Of a DNA stretch of 64,000 nt, positions 10,013-23,458 are shown in pieces. Within the stretch, counting starts at the first letter, position 1. Every line of letters starts with the position of its first letter. The notes below the pieces were generated by a model that saw nothing but the letters and a program-made list of their open reading frames with translations, did not search any database and was not told where the DNA came from. This DNA comes from Podarcis muralis (Eukaryota): the NCBI RefSeq assembly GCF_964188315.1, contig NC_135658.1, forward strand, positions 11,098,001-11,162,000. The letters are read 5' to 3'. The translations under genes and the position numbers were made by a program.

Positions 10013-10490
10013 AAAATAAAAATACAACTCTCTAAGCAGTGTACAAAACAGTGGCAGCAGGCACACAGGAAGATGCCTTATACTGAGGCTGACCACTGCC
10101 CCATCTAGTTCAGTATTTCCTACAATGACTAGCAATGGCTCTTCGGGATTTCAGATGGGGTTCTTTCCAACCTTACCTGGAGAAGGCGAGGATTAAACCT
10201 GAGACCTTCTCCGTGCAAAGTAGGATGCTCTACCGCTGAGCTACATCACCTTCTAAGAAGAGGCACCTGCTGTTTCAGAAGTACGTACATTAAAAATAAG
10301 GCACTCTCCCACTAATCTGGGAAACCTTTTATTCAATTCAAAGGAGTTTTAGTCAATGAAAGGAAGCAGCCCTAAATGACGTATATTCTCGATGTGTCGC
10401 CGGCCCTTCACGTACATCAGTAATCTTTGAAAACGAATGTGTAAGCCAGGAAATATTTTAGGCAGGTGGTGAGACATAGAAGGTACTTAC

Positions 10491-10588
10491 CTGGTGCTGT
10501 AAACAGTAGAGGAAAAAGGGAAAGATGTCCTGTAGTGGACAGAACCAGGTAAGTGCCAGCGTCTCTGGATCTCTCCACAGCCAGCAGG
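10491..10588 (-). CDS. ALG8: ALG8 exon 11
   Basis: 98 nt, LLAVERSRDAGTYLVLSTTGHLSLFPLLFTAP, AG/GT bounded. Confidence 0.94.
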
Positions 10589-11107
10589 CTAAAAACACAT
10601 ACCAAAAACAGGAGATTTTGGAAAGGAGCCGCTAAGCTGTTCAAGGAGGAGATCATTTTCTTCAAGGTCCTCCCTCACTGCTGCCACCATGCTCCTGGCA
10701 CAATGCGATGCATGTCTACCCCGACGTTTCACAGAGTTCAGCTCTGGTTAACCATGTGCAACGGGGGGTGAGAAACTTGTAGCCTTCCCAAGGTTGTTGA
10801 ATTACAGTTCCCACCGTGCTGGCTGGGGCTGAAGGGAATTGGGAGTGCACCTTTAAAGCAGTACCTGGGATCTTCCTGCAGCAGCAGGGGGAACAAGGAA
10901 GTCAAGTTCCAAAGCTGCTTCCTTGTTTTGCTCTTCAGCTGCAAAAAGCTGCTTTATCCCTGACTTGTTTCTAAGATATCACAGAAACAGGCCCAAGATC
11001 CACAGGGAAGTCCTATGTAGCCATGGAATTTTTAAAGAGAAAATCAAATTAAGAAAACTACACTGTTTGGATTCCATTATGTCATTTGTGGTGTGATATT
11101 TGTGATA

Positions 11108-11930
11108 CAGTGGTACCTCGGGTTACATACGCTTCAGGTTACATGCGCTTCAGGTTACACACTCCGCTAACCCAGAAATAGTCCTTCAGGTTAAGAACTT
11201 TGCTTCAAGATAAGAACAGAAATCGTGCTTCAGTGGTGCGGCAGCAGTAGGAGGCCCCATTAGCTAAAGGGGTGCTTCAGGTTAAGAACAGTTTCAGGTA
11301 AAGAACGGACCTCCGGAATGAATTACCGTATTTTTCGCTCTATAGGACGCACTTTTCCCCCTTCAAAAATGAAGGGGAAATGTGTGTGCATCCTATGGAG
11401 CGAAGACGCCATAGCCCTGTGACCCTCTCCCGGCTGGAGAGGTGACGCGCGCCTATGGCAGGAGCCTTTATAGGCACGCGTCACCTCTCCAGCCGGGAGA
11501 GTGCGCGTGGGGCTAAAGAAGCCATGACGCGTGACTATGGCAGCAGCCTCTCTGCTGCGCCTTTCCGCTGCTCCCTGACCTGCTCTTTGGGGCTGGTGGT
11601 GGGCTTCCCCTCGCCAGCCCCAAAGAGCAGGTCGAAAGGAACCTGAAGCCTGGAGAGCGAGAGGGGTCGGTGCGCACCGACCCCTTTCGCTCTCCAGGCT
11701 TCCAAGGTAGCCGCCTGAACGCACCTTGTTTTAGAGCGGGAAAACAAGAGGGGGGAAATTCTCCCACTCTCTGCGCAGAGCCTCCTGCCGCTTCACTGAA
11801 GGGGCGCTGGGCAGAGAGCGGAATAATTTTTTCCCCTTGTTCTCCCCCCTCTAAAACAAGGTGCGTCCTGTTGTCCGGTGTGTCCTATGGTGCGAAAAAT
11901 ACGGTAAGTAGTTAACCCGAGGTACCACTG
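11108..11930. mobile_element. Tigger-like MITE interrupted by a Tc2-like MITE
   Basis: TA|CAGTGGTACCTCGGGTTA...TAACCCGAGGTACCACTG|TA inverted termini. Confidence 0.88.
11326..11904. mobile_element. Tc2/pogo-like MITE nested in the Tigger-like MITE
   Basis: TA|CCGTATTTTTCGC...GCGAAAAATACGG|TA; TA duplication at 11324-11325 and 11905-11906. Confidence 0.88.
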
Positions 11931-12009
11931 TATCTTGCCCAGAAAGGGGTGCAAGTGTGAAGACTGGAAGTTATAAAAATGCAACCTGAACCCCTTTCCA
12001 TCCCTCTTA

Positions 12010-12150
<141 letters not shown>

Positions 12151-12257
12151 CTAGAAACAACAGGCAGAAAACAAAGCTTCAGTGGTGTATTTCAGCGCCA
12201 GGAACACAGGCTTATCATTCAGTGGGAGCTCAGCAGTTGCTAAGCTCTGCACTTTTA

Positions 12258-12456
12258 CAGTAGTGCCTTGGTTGTCAAACTTAATCTGACCCCGGAACTG
12301 TTCGAATACCAAGACGCAGCTTCCGATTGGCTGCAGGAGCTTCCAAGTTCAGCTTCCAAAAAACATTCGCAAACCACAACACCTACTTCCGGGTTTGCGG
12401 CGTCCGGGAGCCGATTTGTTCAGGAGCCAAGCTGTTCGACAACCAAGGTACCACTG
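12258..12456. mobile_element. Tigger-like MITE (diverged)
   Basis: CAGTAGTGCCTTGGTTGTC...GACAACCAAGGTACCACTG inverted termini. Confidence 0.7.
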
Positions 12457-13163
12457 CATTATTCTGCTTTGCATTGCCAGAAAGTGTTAAATTGCCTTTT
12501 TGAGATTCTAGGTACCACCTACGTTACATGCCAGTTTAACTGACGTGGGTCCCAAACCAAGGAACTCTGGGAATTGTAGTTTTGAGGATAATGCTGAGAC
12601 GATCTTGTACCCTATACTTTTCAAGTGACGGGTACGCCAGTGGTGCCACAACCATCTTTTGTAAAGCAGGGGTGGGGGAGGTGGAGAAAGGGTGACAAGC
12701 AGTGAAATTTAAGAGAATCTGTAAAAACAAAATCCAGAACACTGGAAGCTGACCTCATGTTTCAAATTGCAATTAATGGTGGTTCTTGGGTCTGAATATT
12801 TTGCCCCACCTAAGAACATAAGAGCAGTCTGCTCCTGACTCTTTAAAAGCAGCCTAACACAGGTGTGTGTAGATTTGAAGCTTTCCCCATCCATGTACTT
12901 CTAACCCAGGAAAAGCTTCACCTGTTGAATTTCCGCATGCCAGGCCACTGTTAAAGGCATAAAAGAAGTAAGCAAAACTAGTGGTAACTCTGTTTTTAAA
13001 GGCATAATAGACTGGCAGGGACCAGAGTGGGCTGAATATTCAATGCAAGCAAGTTGGTGCTTTAACAGGGGAGCATTCATTTTAAATGGGGAGAAATTTC
13101 TTGTGGGCTGCGCTTGCAAGCAGATGAAGATGTGCTCAGAGGGGTAGAGTGATATGGATTTAC

Positions 13164-13303
13164 CAGCATAGAGATGGCAGTACAGGTCAAAGTTGCCAAT
13201 GGAGTCACTGAAGGAAGAACGGTATGTTGAAATTCTTGGACTAGCCCTCCAGTCATGGCAGCCTTGGGCATCTTTGCAGGGTCAAGGAATTTATATTTCA
13301 GAC
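13164..13303 (-). CDS. ALG8: ALG8 exon 9
   Basis: 140 nt, [47 protein letters not shown]. Confidence 0.95.
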
Positions 13304-14065
13304 CTGGAAGTTATAATGAAGTTTGTAAGAAGGACAGGCACGTTGTCAGCCACACCATACACACCCTAAATATATGTGGAAGCAAGTCCCACGGCTTGTT
13401 TCAACACTTGTTTACATCCAGAGACATTTTAAATTTTATTTAAAGGTTTATAAGCCAGTTTTTGAGCAGATGCTCCAAAGTGTCTCATAGCACAAGTAAA
13501 AACCCAAATCCAAATATAATTTAAAATATTATGTTTGTGCGAAAAAACAGCATTAAAACCAAAATAAAACCAGCAGGTTTAACAGAGTCAGTTTATAATC
13601 GCAACCTGTTACAAAGGATTATTAAAATGTAGGGTTGTTAGGGACCGAGGATCATCTGCTCCAACCCCCTGCAATGCAGAATATGCAGCTGTTCTGTATA
13701 GGATTCTAACCTGCAACCTGGGCGTTATGAGCACGATGCTCTAACCAACTGCACTGAATGGGTTAAGTCTCAAGGAAAAAGCGGGTCTTCTAGGCCTATT
13801 TAAGGACTAAGGGATGAGGCTCGCTTAAGTTCAACAGGCACTGAATTGTTGTGGGACCACTGCTGAGTGTCCAGCAGCCTAATTGTCGTCATGTGCAGTC
13901 ATGCAAGGACGCTACACAGCCCAAATGGTTTTTTAAACAGTTTACTAAAAATGTCCTTTTAGACATAGCAAGATGTCTGAGGCACACGCACATAACCAAC
14001 TCCACTTTATTAAACAGTAAGCTTCTGAGAAGATATTTAGGATGGTTTGGAAGTCACCCTCTGAG

Positions 14066-14644
14066 TGTGCACACACTCAAACGCCATCTCAAACTCTTCG
14101 AAAGATTCCATCAACGATGCCACCAAATTTTTTTACACATCTTTTGGGAAGACAGGCGAACTAATGCCAGTGCAGTGGAAGCAAAGATCACCAGTGCTGA
14201 AGCAATGATTCTTCAACATCAACTTCGTTGGACTGGTCATGTTGTTTGGGATGCCTGATTATCGTCTTCCAAAGCAACTACTCTATTCCAAACTTAGAAA
14301 TGGAAAGTGTAGTACTAGTGGTCAACAGAAGAGGCTTAAAGACTCTCTGAAGGCAAATCTAAAAAAATGTAGTATAAACACCAACAACTGGGAAACACTG
14401 GCCTGCAAGCGCTCAAATTGGAGAACAGCCTTTACCAAAGGTGTCATGGGCTTTGAAGACGCTCAAACTCAGGACGCAAGGGAGAAACGTGCTAAGAGGA
14501 AGGCACGCTTGGCAAACCTGCACCATGATCGACTCCCACTGTGGATCCAGAATTGGACTCCACAGTCACCTATGGACACACCATTAAGACCGTGTTCATG
14601 GAAGCCAATCTTACTCAACTGCGAGTGATCGCCAAAGAAGAAGA
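14066..14644 (+). mobile_element. RTE-clade LINE 3' fragment (non-BovB type)
   Basis: Peptides WEDRRTN...LRWTGHVV and PDYRLPKQLLYS.L..GK...GQQKRLKDSLKANLK; ends in a short (GAA)n tail. Confidence 0.8.
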
Positions 14645-14946
14645 GTAAACACAGTGGTTTAGGAGACTATAAAGATGAAGAACTTGCATGGAAATCTCCC
14701 TGCTGCTGTCGTATCCAATGACTGTCAAAGGCAAGAGATTGGACTGGACATCCCACTTACCCAACCCAGTTAAACTGTCCTCATGCTTATATATTCTTTT
14801 GCATACTTTCAAAAGATTAATAATAAAATGTAAGGAGAGGAACTGCAGCTGTGCTGGTCAGACACAGCAGGCTTCTCCTACTGAAGATTTCTAAAAGGGA
14901 ACAAGAATCACCGAACACGTATTTGCTATTAATACATGCAGGGTTA

Positions 14947-15078
<132 letters not shown>

Positions 15079-15497
15079 CTAATGGAAGAAAAAGGAAGTT
15101 AGAAAGTTAGTCAAAGATTTTTCATTTATATTAAGTAACACAACAATACATTTGTGGTTGTGGCTTTATTGCGTTTACTGGTCATGTTGCATTTTGTTAA
15201 AATAATTTTAAATGATTTAAAGCTGCTTTCAGAGCCTTTGGAAATTCAGCTTATAAATCCAAGTAGAAATCACAGAATAGCAGTGTTGGAAGGGACCACA
15301 AGGGTCAACTAGTTCAACCCCCTGCAAAGCAGGAATCTTGTTGTCCAATGTGGGGCTCAAACCCGTGGCCCTGAGATTAAGAGTCTCATGCTCCACAGAT
15401 GGAGCTACCCTGAGCTAACAGCCAAGTCAAGAATGTTCCTCACACTCAATCAGCTTATAAAGCATATTATTCATACATATAGTAACTACCCTTTGTA

Positions 15498-15729
15498 CAG
15501 TGGTACCTCAGGTTACAAACACCTCGGGTTACAGACTCCGCTTCAGGTTACAGGCTCCGCTAACCTTGGGTTAAGAACTTTGCCCCAGGATGAGAACAGA
15601 AATCGCGTGGCGGCGGCGTGGCAGCCGCAGGAGGCCCCATTAGCTAAAGTGGCGCCTCAGGTCAAGAATGGATTCAGGTTAAGAACGCACCTCCAGAACG
15701 AATTAAGTTCATAACCAGAGGTACCACTG
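15498..15729. mobile_element. Tigger-like MITE
   Basis: TA|CAGTGGTACCTC...GAGGTACCACTG|TA. Confidence 0.88.
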
Positions 15730-15823
15730 TACTCGCCTATGGGAACAATTAGTAAAGAATGTCTTGCATGCAGTCATCACTCAGGAAGCAGGTGCATGTT
15801 TTAAAGAGGATGAGGGTCCTTAC

Positions 15824-15927
15824 CCAAACAATAAATGGTCCCAGTGAAAGTGCAGAAACAAAACAGACAATGAATCCCAGGGCAACTAAGCGAAGAAAAC
15901 TGAAGCTGCCCCATCGGAGGGACCCAT
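15824..15927 (-). CDS. ALG8: ALG8 exon 7
   Basis: 104 nt, [35 protein letters not shown]. Confidence 0.94.
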
Positions 15928-16368
15928 CTGGAGAAAACGAAAATATTATGATTAAAACAGAAGGGTGTGTGTGAAAGAAACAAGAAATGCTTCGGCAGTG
16001 TGTTTTAATTTCTTTCCAATTATAAAACAAGATCTTCCTCCGAGATAGAAGAAGAAGAGTTTGGATTTGATATCCTGCCTTTCACTCCCTTTAAGGAGTC
16101 TCAAAGCGGCTAACATTCTCCTTTCCCTTCCTCCCCCACAACAAACACTCTGTGAGGTGAGTGGGGCTGAGAGACTTCAAAGAAGTGTGACTGGCCCAAG
16201 GTCACCCAGCAGCTGCATGTGGAGGAGCGGAGACATGAACCCGGTTCCCCAGATAACGAGACTACCACTCTTAACCACTACACCATACTGGCTCCCTAGT
16301 TAAAGATACATTAAATTCTTGTCACAGACCAGTCTTTCCCAAACTGGGGCCCACCAGATACTGTAGAC

Positions 16369-16504
16369 CAGTGTTTCCCAACCTTGGGCCTCCAGCTGTT
16401 TTTGAACTACAATTCCCACCATCCCTGACCACTGGTCTTGCTAGCTAGGGATGATGGGAGTTGTAGTCCAAAAACAGCTGGAGGCCCAAGGTTGGGAAAC
16501 ACTG
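16369..16504. mobile_element. hAT-type MITE (136 bp)
   Basis: CAGTGTTTCCCAACCTTGGGCC inverted termini; 8-bp TSD CTGTAGAC. Confidence 0.88.
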
Positions 16505-16583
16505 CTGTAGACTACAACCCCAGCCAATATGGCAGTCTTCTTTTTCACCTGGCAGTGTATCCAAACCCAGGTCGTTCCCCCTA

Positions 16584-16760
<177 letters not shown>

Positions 16761-16878
16761 TCAGGCGGTTATTTGAAGGAACAAAGAATCCAAAGCATAC
16801 ATAAACAGAATGCACACTTAAGAGCTGGTTGAGACTTCTAGAATAGGAATTGGGCATGGCTGCCTCTTAATACACTAC

Positions 16879-16946
16879 CTGGAATAGCCGTGCAATGGAA
16901 AGCAGCATGAATCCAAACAGAAAGCCGTTGTACTGAAAATGAATGT
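16879..16946 (-). CDS. ALG8: ALG8 exon 5
   Basis: 68 nt, [23 protein letters not shown]. Confidence 0.95.
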
Positions 16947-17201
16947 CTGTGATTGAGTTAAGGACTAACATCCACTTCAGAAAGACGCCCTAACCCAGGA
17001 AACATTTTAAACTTTAGTGCTTCAATTCAACTTCCACGTTGAATGACCAGTTCTAATTCTTACCAGTAGCAAATTTAGCAGTTCCAATTCTCATTAGAAT
17101 TTGATAGGTATCTCCCCACTCCCCCCAAACCCATCAAATATTGATGTTTGGTTTTAGGTTATCTGGCCAGATTTCTTTTGACACCTGAGTTGGAAGGATA
17201 C

Positions 17202-17311
17202 GGTCCACAATTAAGAGGCCAAAATTCCATAAGAGGAGAACTGAAAGGACAAGCTGAGGGTTCTCCAGAGGTTCCTTTGTACCTCGCTTCCCATTTACAC
17301 ATCTACAGCAC
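17202..17311 (-). CDS. ALG8: ALG8 exon 4
   Basis: 110 nt, CCRCVNGKRGTKEPLENPQLVLSVLLLWNFGLLIVD. Confidence 0.95.
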
Positions 17312-17619
17312 CTGAGCAGAGGAGAAATAAAGAGACAAGACAAAATCCAAATCCCTTTGTTCTTCCATACACATTTCTTAAAGATCAGGTGCAGTTTATA
17401 GGTTATGTTAACAGTGTTCTCTCCTCCAAACAGGTTTTTGTTTTGTTATTTAAAAAAATACTCCATCTATTCCATCTAAAATACTCCATCTATTCTACCC
17501 TTCAACAAGAGGCAGGCTGAGTGGTCTCTTTCCAGATCCCAGTGGCTTATCTTCCCTTCTCCCGAAACACAAAACATAAAGACTTCTTATTTAAAAACAA
17601 TAAAGGGGCACCAACATAC

Positions 17620-17813
17620 TCGCGAACTGCGTAGATGAAGAGCACATCTGTGAAGATGACCGAAAGCCTCTGGAAAAGAATGGTTGGGTAGCTGGAATAG
17701 TTGAGGTTCTGGATGACCAGCATCTCTTTGTCAAAGTATTTGGCAACATGTGAAAGCCCATACTCAAACCATGCAAAGAAGGGAGGGTAGTCCAAGGTCC
17801 ACTCAGATGTTGC
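17620..17813 (-). CDS. ALG8: ALG8 exon 3
   Basis: 194 nt, [32 protein letters not shown]...FIYAVR. Confidence 0.96.
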
Positions 17814-18399
17814 CTGTAAACATGGGAAAAGAACACAAGTGAGACGGCAGGTGTCAATCACTGGATGACCTTAAACTGTGAGCTACTTCACATATGAACA
17901 TTCAACGTGTGGCAAGTGCAATATCAAGTGATCTCTCGTTTCATGAACAGCCCATCACAAATCAAATGCTTTGCAGTCATTAAAGGTAAAGGTAAAGGTA
18001 CCCCTGCCCGTACGGGCCAGTCTTGTCAGACTCTAGGGTTGTGCGCCCATCTCACTCTATAGGCCGGGGGCCAGCGCTGTCCGGAGACACTTCCAGGTCA
18101 CGTGGCCAGCGTGACAAAGCTGCATCTGGCGAGCCATTAGGGTGGCTTTAAAAAAAATGTGCAAAGGGGAACGATCTGGATCAGTTGACTGTTCTAAACC
18201 AGACAGAGACCTTCACTTTTACTCTAGGAAGCCTGGAAAAACAGGCAAAAGACATTTCAATTGCCTGCACTGGAGGTCCATTCAGCTTCCAGTAACAAGG
18301 AAGGGATAGCTGACGGCAGCCTTTAATCATCTGCAAAACTCCACAAGATGCTGCACCTCACTGTTCTAAGAACCAAGCACACTTCTGGAAAGGCAGTTA

Positions 18400-18507
<108 letters not shown>

Positions 18508-20258
18508 TTAGTATCTGGATCATACCACATAGCATTCTACTTTGTAAAAGGCAAAAGATTTATATGATCTGAAGAGAAACCAGAGCATTTCTACTTTGCA
18601 TTTTCCAGTGCAAAAGTAGGTAAATAAGAACTGGTGAGGAACTCTCTGCTAGGTTGTTAACAAGAGACAAACTTTCAGCAGTTGTGCTCATGCATTAACA
18701 TGTATGTCTACGCATCTCTGTAGGTATCTGTGCACAATAGCTTTCCTACAGTTAGTTCTGTTTCCTAATTTCATGAGAAATTGCTTCTGCCACATTCTGG
18801 CGAATCAATTATCACCACATCTACAACTCACATTCCCATTTATATGCACAGGTAAATGTACACAGCAGTGGATGACCAAAAGGTAAGGAGGATTTTCAGA
18901 GCGGCACTCGGTGGGCGCACAGAGCAAACCGACAAAAAAGTGGACTGGGCTCATACACCATTAACACAGAATCATAGAAAGTTATGTAGAAGAGGACATT
19001 TTGATCCCTGGATGTCAGGACAAGCTGCAACTGCCAAAATTTGCAACATGGAGAGACAATGGAGTGCGTCTCTGGGGGTGAAGTCAAACTGCTGCATTAG
19101 CAGCACCAAAGTTGCCTCCCAGGGGTACAAGCCTGGGCAGTATGTATAGAGGCCCTGAGCTGCTCAGATGACAACACATACCCCTCTCGGCTGGGCTGCA
19201 AGAGTTGCCAAAAGGAGGCATACAAGGCACCATCGAACCATCTTAGGGATTCCACTCCGGATTTGTGTCAGGATTATGCCTTAGCCCTTTCATCTCCTGA
19301 ATATATCCAGCAAGGCAGCAGAGGTTTAGGATCTTTTCCTTCTCCTACTTGGGCTACCTTCCCAGGTTGATGAGCCCCAGCTGCCCCTCACTTCTCTCTA
19401 CAGCACATGCAGAAACTGCCTTCTGGGCCGTTGGACCCACTATTAGTATCATCTGCTCAAGACATTGGAGCTAATCCTTGCATGGAGGGGAACTACACCT
19501 GTAAATATCAGCAGCTGGGAACTGCAAGTGGGGAAGAGTGCTGTTGTGCTCATGACCAGTTTCAGGGCTTTCCAACAGCATCTGTTGGGCCGCTATGAGA
19601 ACAAAAAGCTGGAATACAGGAGACTTTGGTCTGACCTTGTGGGGTTTTTAAATGTACTTAATGTACAATTGGGCCAAAGCAGCCAATCATAACAGCCTTC
19701 ACTATGTGAGCTGATGTTTTCTTTTTCTTTTCTTTTTTTTGTTCAACTTGCTATAAAACATAATTGCACTGATTACCAAAATATGCTCCGTGAATATCTT
19801 GTTTTTAGTCTGACCACATCCTGCAATAGTCAACAGTACCATTGGTGTCCATTTCCTTAGAGACAGCAACATACTTTAGTGCTTTGACAAAACCTGCATC
19901 TCCTGCATTATTAAGCCTAATGGACATTTACTGGAATTGATGCAGTGCTTTCCCCCCCCATTTTATCACCTAGAAGCCCAGAGGGTTAACTAATATTCCT
20001 CCTCTTCAGCTAGATCTGTACCCAATCCCTCATGATCCTCATAAACTTGGTATTACTGCACTTCTGAGTTTGACTCCACTGCTAACTAGGGTATAATTTC
20101 TTGAAGATAGATAATCTGAAGGGGTTTCTGGCAGAGAATTAGAATAAAGATAGCTAGATAGAGGGAAAGAACAAAGGCCAGGGAGGAAACAAAAGCATTG
20201 AAAGAATGCTATTATTTTAATCACACATACTTTGGGTTAAGGTAGGGATACCTAACAT

Positions 20259-20620
20259 AAAGGTAAAGGTAAAGGTACCCCTGCCCGTACGGGCCAGTCG
20301 TGTCTGACTCTAGGGTTGTGCGCCCATCTCACTTAAGAGGCCGTGGACCAGCGCTGTCCGGAGACACTTCCGGGTCAGGTGTCCAGCGTGACAAGCTGCA
20401 TCTGGCGAGCCAGCGCAGCACACGGAACGCCGTTTCCCTTCCCGCTGGTAAGCGGTCCCTATTTATCTACTTGCACCCGGGGGTGCTTTCGAACTGCTAG
20501 GTTGGCAGGCGCTGGGACCGAATGACGGGAGCGCACCCTGCCACGGGGATTCGAACCGCCGACCTGACGATCGGCAAGTCCTAGGCACTGAGGTTTTACC
20601 CACAGCGCCACCCGCGTCCC
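20259..20620 (-). mobile_element. Sauria SINE, full length, variant 3' end
   Basis: TSD ATACCTAACAT on both sides. Confidence 0.9.
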
Positions 20621-20957
20621 AATACCTAACATGGTATCCACTAAATGTTTCATGAACATAAGAAAAGCCTGTTGGATCAGGCCCATCTATTCTAGCATCT
20701 GATTCTCAGTGCCCAAGCAGATGCCTGTCGAAAACCTATAAGCAGGACGCAAGTACAAGAGCACCTTCCCCTCTTACGACGTCCAGCAATTGGTATTCAG
20801 AAGCCATTTACTGCCTCCCCAATGTGAAGGCAGAGCACGGCCATAGTGGCTGGTAGCCACTGATAGTCATATGCTCTCTGAATCTGTCTAAACCTCTATT
20901 AAAGTAATCCAAGCTAGTAGCCCATCCCTGCCTTTTGGTCTATAACTCTTTGCCTCA

Positions 20958-21105
20958 AGGGATAGCTCAGTTGGCAGAGCATGAGACTCTGAATCTGAGG
21001 GTTGTGGGTTTGAGCCCCATGTGGGATGAAAGATAGGATCCTGCACTGCAGGGAACTGGCCTAGATGATCCTCATGGTCCTTTACAACTCTATAATTATG
21101 TGATT
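20958..21105 (+). mobile_element. tRNA-Lys-derived SINE with CR1-like tail
   Basis: GGGATAGCTCAGTTGGCAGAGCATGAGACTCTGAATCTGAGGGTTGTGGGTTTGAGCCCCA resembles tRNA-Lys(CTT); related copies near 13640-13750, 15290-15415, 22327-22420 and 27780-27900. Confidence 0.7.
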
Positions 21106-22028
21106 ATAGAACTCTCATTTGTCCCAGACAGCATGAGTTCACCATGCTGGTCATCCCTGCAATAAGGTGTAGGGAATGGGGTGTGATCCAAAGGGGGAAA
21201 AAGTGAGTTTTGAGGAAAACTTTTTCCACCCAAGGGCAACATGTTGAGTAGAGTGGGTTCTCTACTTGCTTGATTGCAAGCAAGCCGAAGCATACCTGAT
21301 TGAAACAATTCCATATTCCTCCCGCCTACCTATGTCTCAAATCCCCTCCCCTTCCTGTGTGACTGTCTGGTGTCCATTTTATATTGCAATCCCCTCAGGG
21401 CAGAGACTTGTCAAACCTGTTCTTTGTAATGCACTGCGTTCGCATGGGACTGCACTGCTTGTTGTGCAATTCACACACGTCTCCTAACCTTACACTTACT
21501 GGAGCTTTGCTTATGAAATGTATATTTTGTTATCATTTAAAAGCTGCAGCGTAAGTTCTACAGAGTGACTCTCAGGTTTCCCACCCTCTTTTTTTGACAT
21601 TACAGGAGGGTCGGAAGAATTAGGAATAACATTAAGAATAGCCTACTGGCTCTAGTCCAGCATCCTGTTCTCACAGTGGTCAACTAGATGCCTGAGAAAC
21701 CAGCGAACAGGATTTGAGCACAAGAGCGCTCTCCCTTCCTGCTGTTTCCTGCAACCGGCATTCGGAAGCATTGCTGCCTCCATCTGTGGGGGTACAGCGC
21801 AGCTGGCTAGTAGCCCTCTCCTCTTCCTCGACTTTGTCTAATCCTCTTTTAAATCTGTCTAGGGTGGCGGCCATTGCTGCCTCCTGGGGGAGCAAGTCCC
21901 ATAGTTTGTCTATGTGCTGCGTGAAGAATCACTTCCTTTCCTGTCTTGAATAATAACAATTCATCTATATGCCTGCCACCCATCTGACTGGGTTTCCCCA
22001 GGGACTCTGGGAGGCTTCCAACAAATTA

Positions 22029-22254
22029 CAGTGGTACCTCGGGTTAAGTACTTAATTAGTTTCGGAGGTCTGTTCTTAACCTGAAACTGTTCTTAACCTG
22101 AAGCACCACTTTAGCTAATGGGGCCTCCTGCTGCCGCTGTGCCGTCGCTGCACGATTTCTGTTCTCATCCTGAAGCAAAGTTCTTAACCCAAGGTACTAT
22201 TTCTGGATTAGCGGCGTCTGTAACCTGAAGCGTGTGTAACCCGAGGTACCACTG
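22029..22254. mobile_element. Tigger-like MITE
   Basis: TA|CAGTGGTACCTCGGG...CCCGAGGTACCACTG|TA. Confidence 0.9.
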
Positions 22255-22659
22255 TACAGTAAAACACAGGTAAGACATCAAACATTAAAAACTTCACCAT
22301 ACACCATACAACAGCCCATGAGGCCCTTAATCTCAGGGTCGTAGCTTCCAGCCCCACCTTGGGCAAAAGTTCCCTGCATTGCAGGGGGTTGGGCTGGATG
22401 ACCCCTGGGGGTCCCTTCCTACTCTGCAGTTATTCCACGATTAAGAGAGGCGATGGGGGAGGGAACATTCCTCTGCCCACCTTCTCCGTGCCACGCATTC
22501 ATTTCATAAGATGCCAGTTACGGAGCGAGGTTTCCCAAGAGCGTGGGCCTCTGGCAGTTTTTGGACTACAACTCCCATCATCCCTAGCGAGCAGAACCAG
22601 CGGGCGGGGATGCTGGGAGTTGTAGTCCAAAAACTGCCAGAGACCCAAAGTCTGGGGAA

Positions 22660-23200
22660 CGCTGCTGTAGAGGGAAGCCCTGCAACGGGGAACCCAAGGC
22701 AGACTCGGAGAGAGAGAGATAGAGAGGGACCAGGCAGCAGGAGGGCGGAGAGGCCCCCGCGAGGAACAGCCGCGTCCATCATGGCGGCGCCGGAAGCCCC
22801 CTCGCGCCCGCCCCTTCCCCGCCAGAAGAATGTGAGGGGGGAATAATAACGAATCCGGGCTCCTTACTACGTGGGGATGAGGAGCAGCTTGAGTAGCGTG
22901 ACCCCGAAGGCCAGAGCCGCGAACCAGCCTCCGCTCGCCGCCATGACGGCCCGCTTGCCTCCGCCAGCGCCTCAGAGGGCCGGCGGGCACTGCGCATGCG
23001 TGGGGGTGGAGGCGAGCCGTTGCCGCGCCGCAACGGTTTCAACCGCCTTCGCAGCATCCAGGCGCCTGCGCGGGAAGAGCGGCGGGCGGGAAAAGTACTG
23101 CGCCTGCGCGCTGGGTTTACTCCCGGCGTCCTGGCTCGCCACACCCCCTGCAGGCGGGAGTGTGTCAATGCAGCCGCCTCGACGCAGGGGGGAGTTTCAA
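22660..23200. promoter_or_regulatory. CpG island / ALG8 promoter with NRF1-like motifs
   Basis: CpG-dense; TGCGCATGCG at 22991-23000 and GCGCCTGCGC copies near 23062 and 23100. Confidence 0.75.
22868..22944 (-). CDS. ALG8: ALG8 coding exon 1
   Basis: ATG at 22944-22942; MAASGGWFAALAFGVTLLKLLLIPT; donor TA|GTAAGG; the 13 exons sum to 1563 nt in frame. Confidence 0.95.
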
Positions 23201-23384
23201 TGCGGTTTGCAAACCGGTTCTTTGCTTGTTATGTGCAGTTGGTTCCAAGTCTAGAGGCTCTAGAATTCAGTGGGGCTTATTTCTGGCAGACTCTGAGATA
23301 GTTGCAGGCTTCTAAATGTGCACTAGTCCCAAGTCTAAATCCTGACCCTGTGGAATTTATTGGGCTCTTTTTATTCTGATTATA

Positions 23385-23406
23385 TGTGTGTGTATGTGTG
23401 TGTGTG

Positions 23407-23455
<49 letters not shown>
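23385..23455. repeat. (TG)n(TA)n microsatellite
   Basis: Directly visible. Confidence 0.95.

Positions 23456-23458
<3 letters not shown>

Noticed and set aside
20958-21030. tRNA-Lys-like sequences here and at several other sites
   Set aside because: Mismatched stems and continuation into a CR1-like tail identify them as SINE heads, not tRNA genes
22499-23301. Overlapping 100-163 aa ORFs and a plus-strand ATGGCGGCG at 22781
   Set aside because: CpG-island artefacts; the plus ATG closes after 21 codons and is better read as a YY1/ETS-like promoter word
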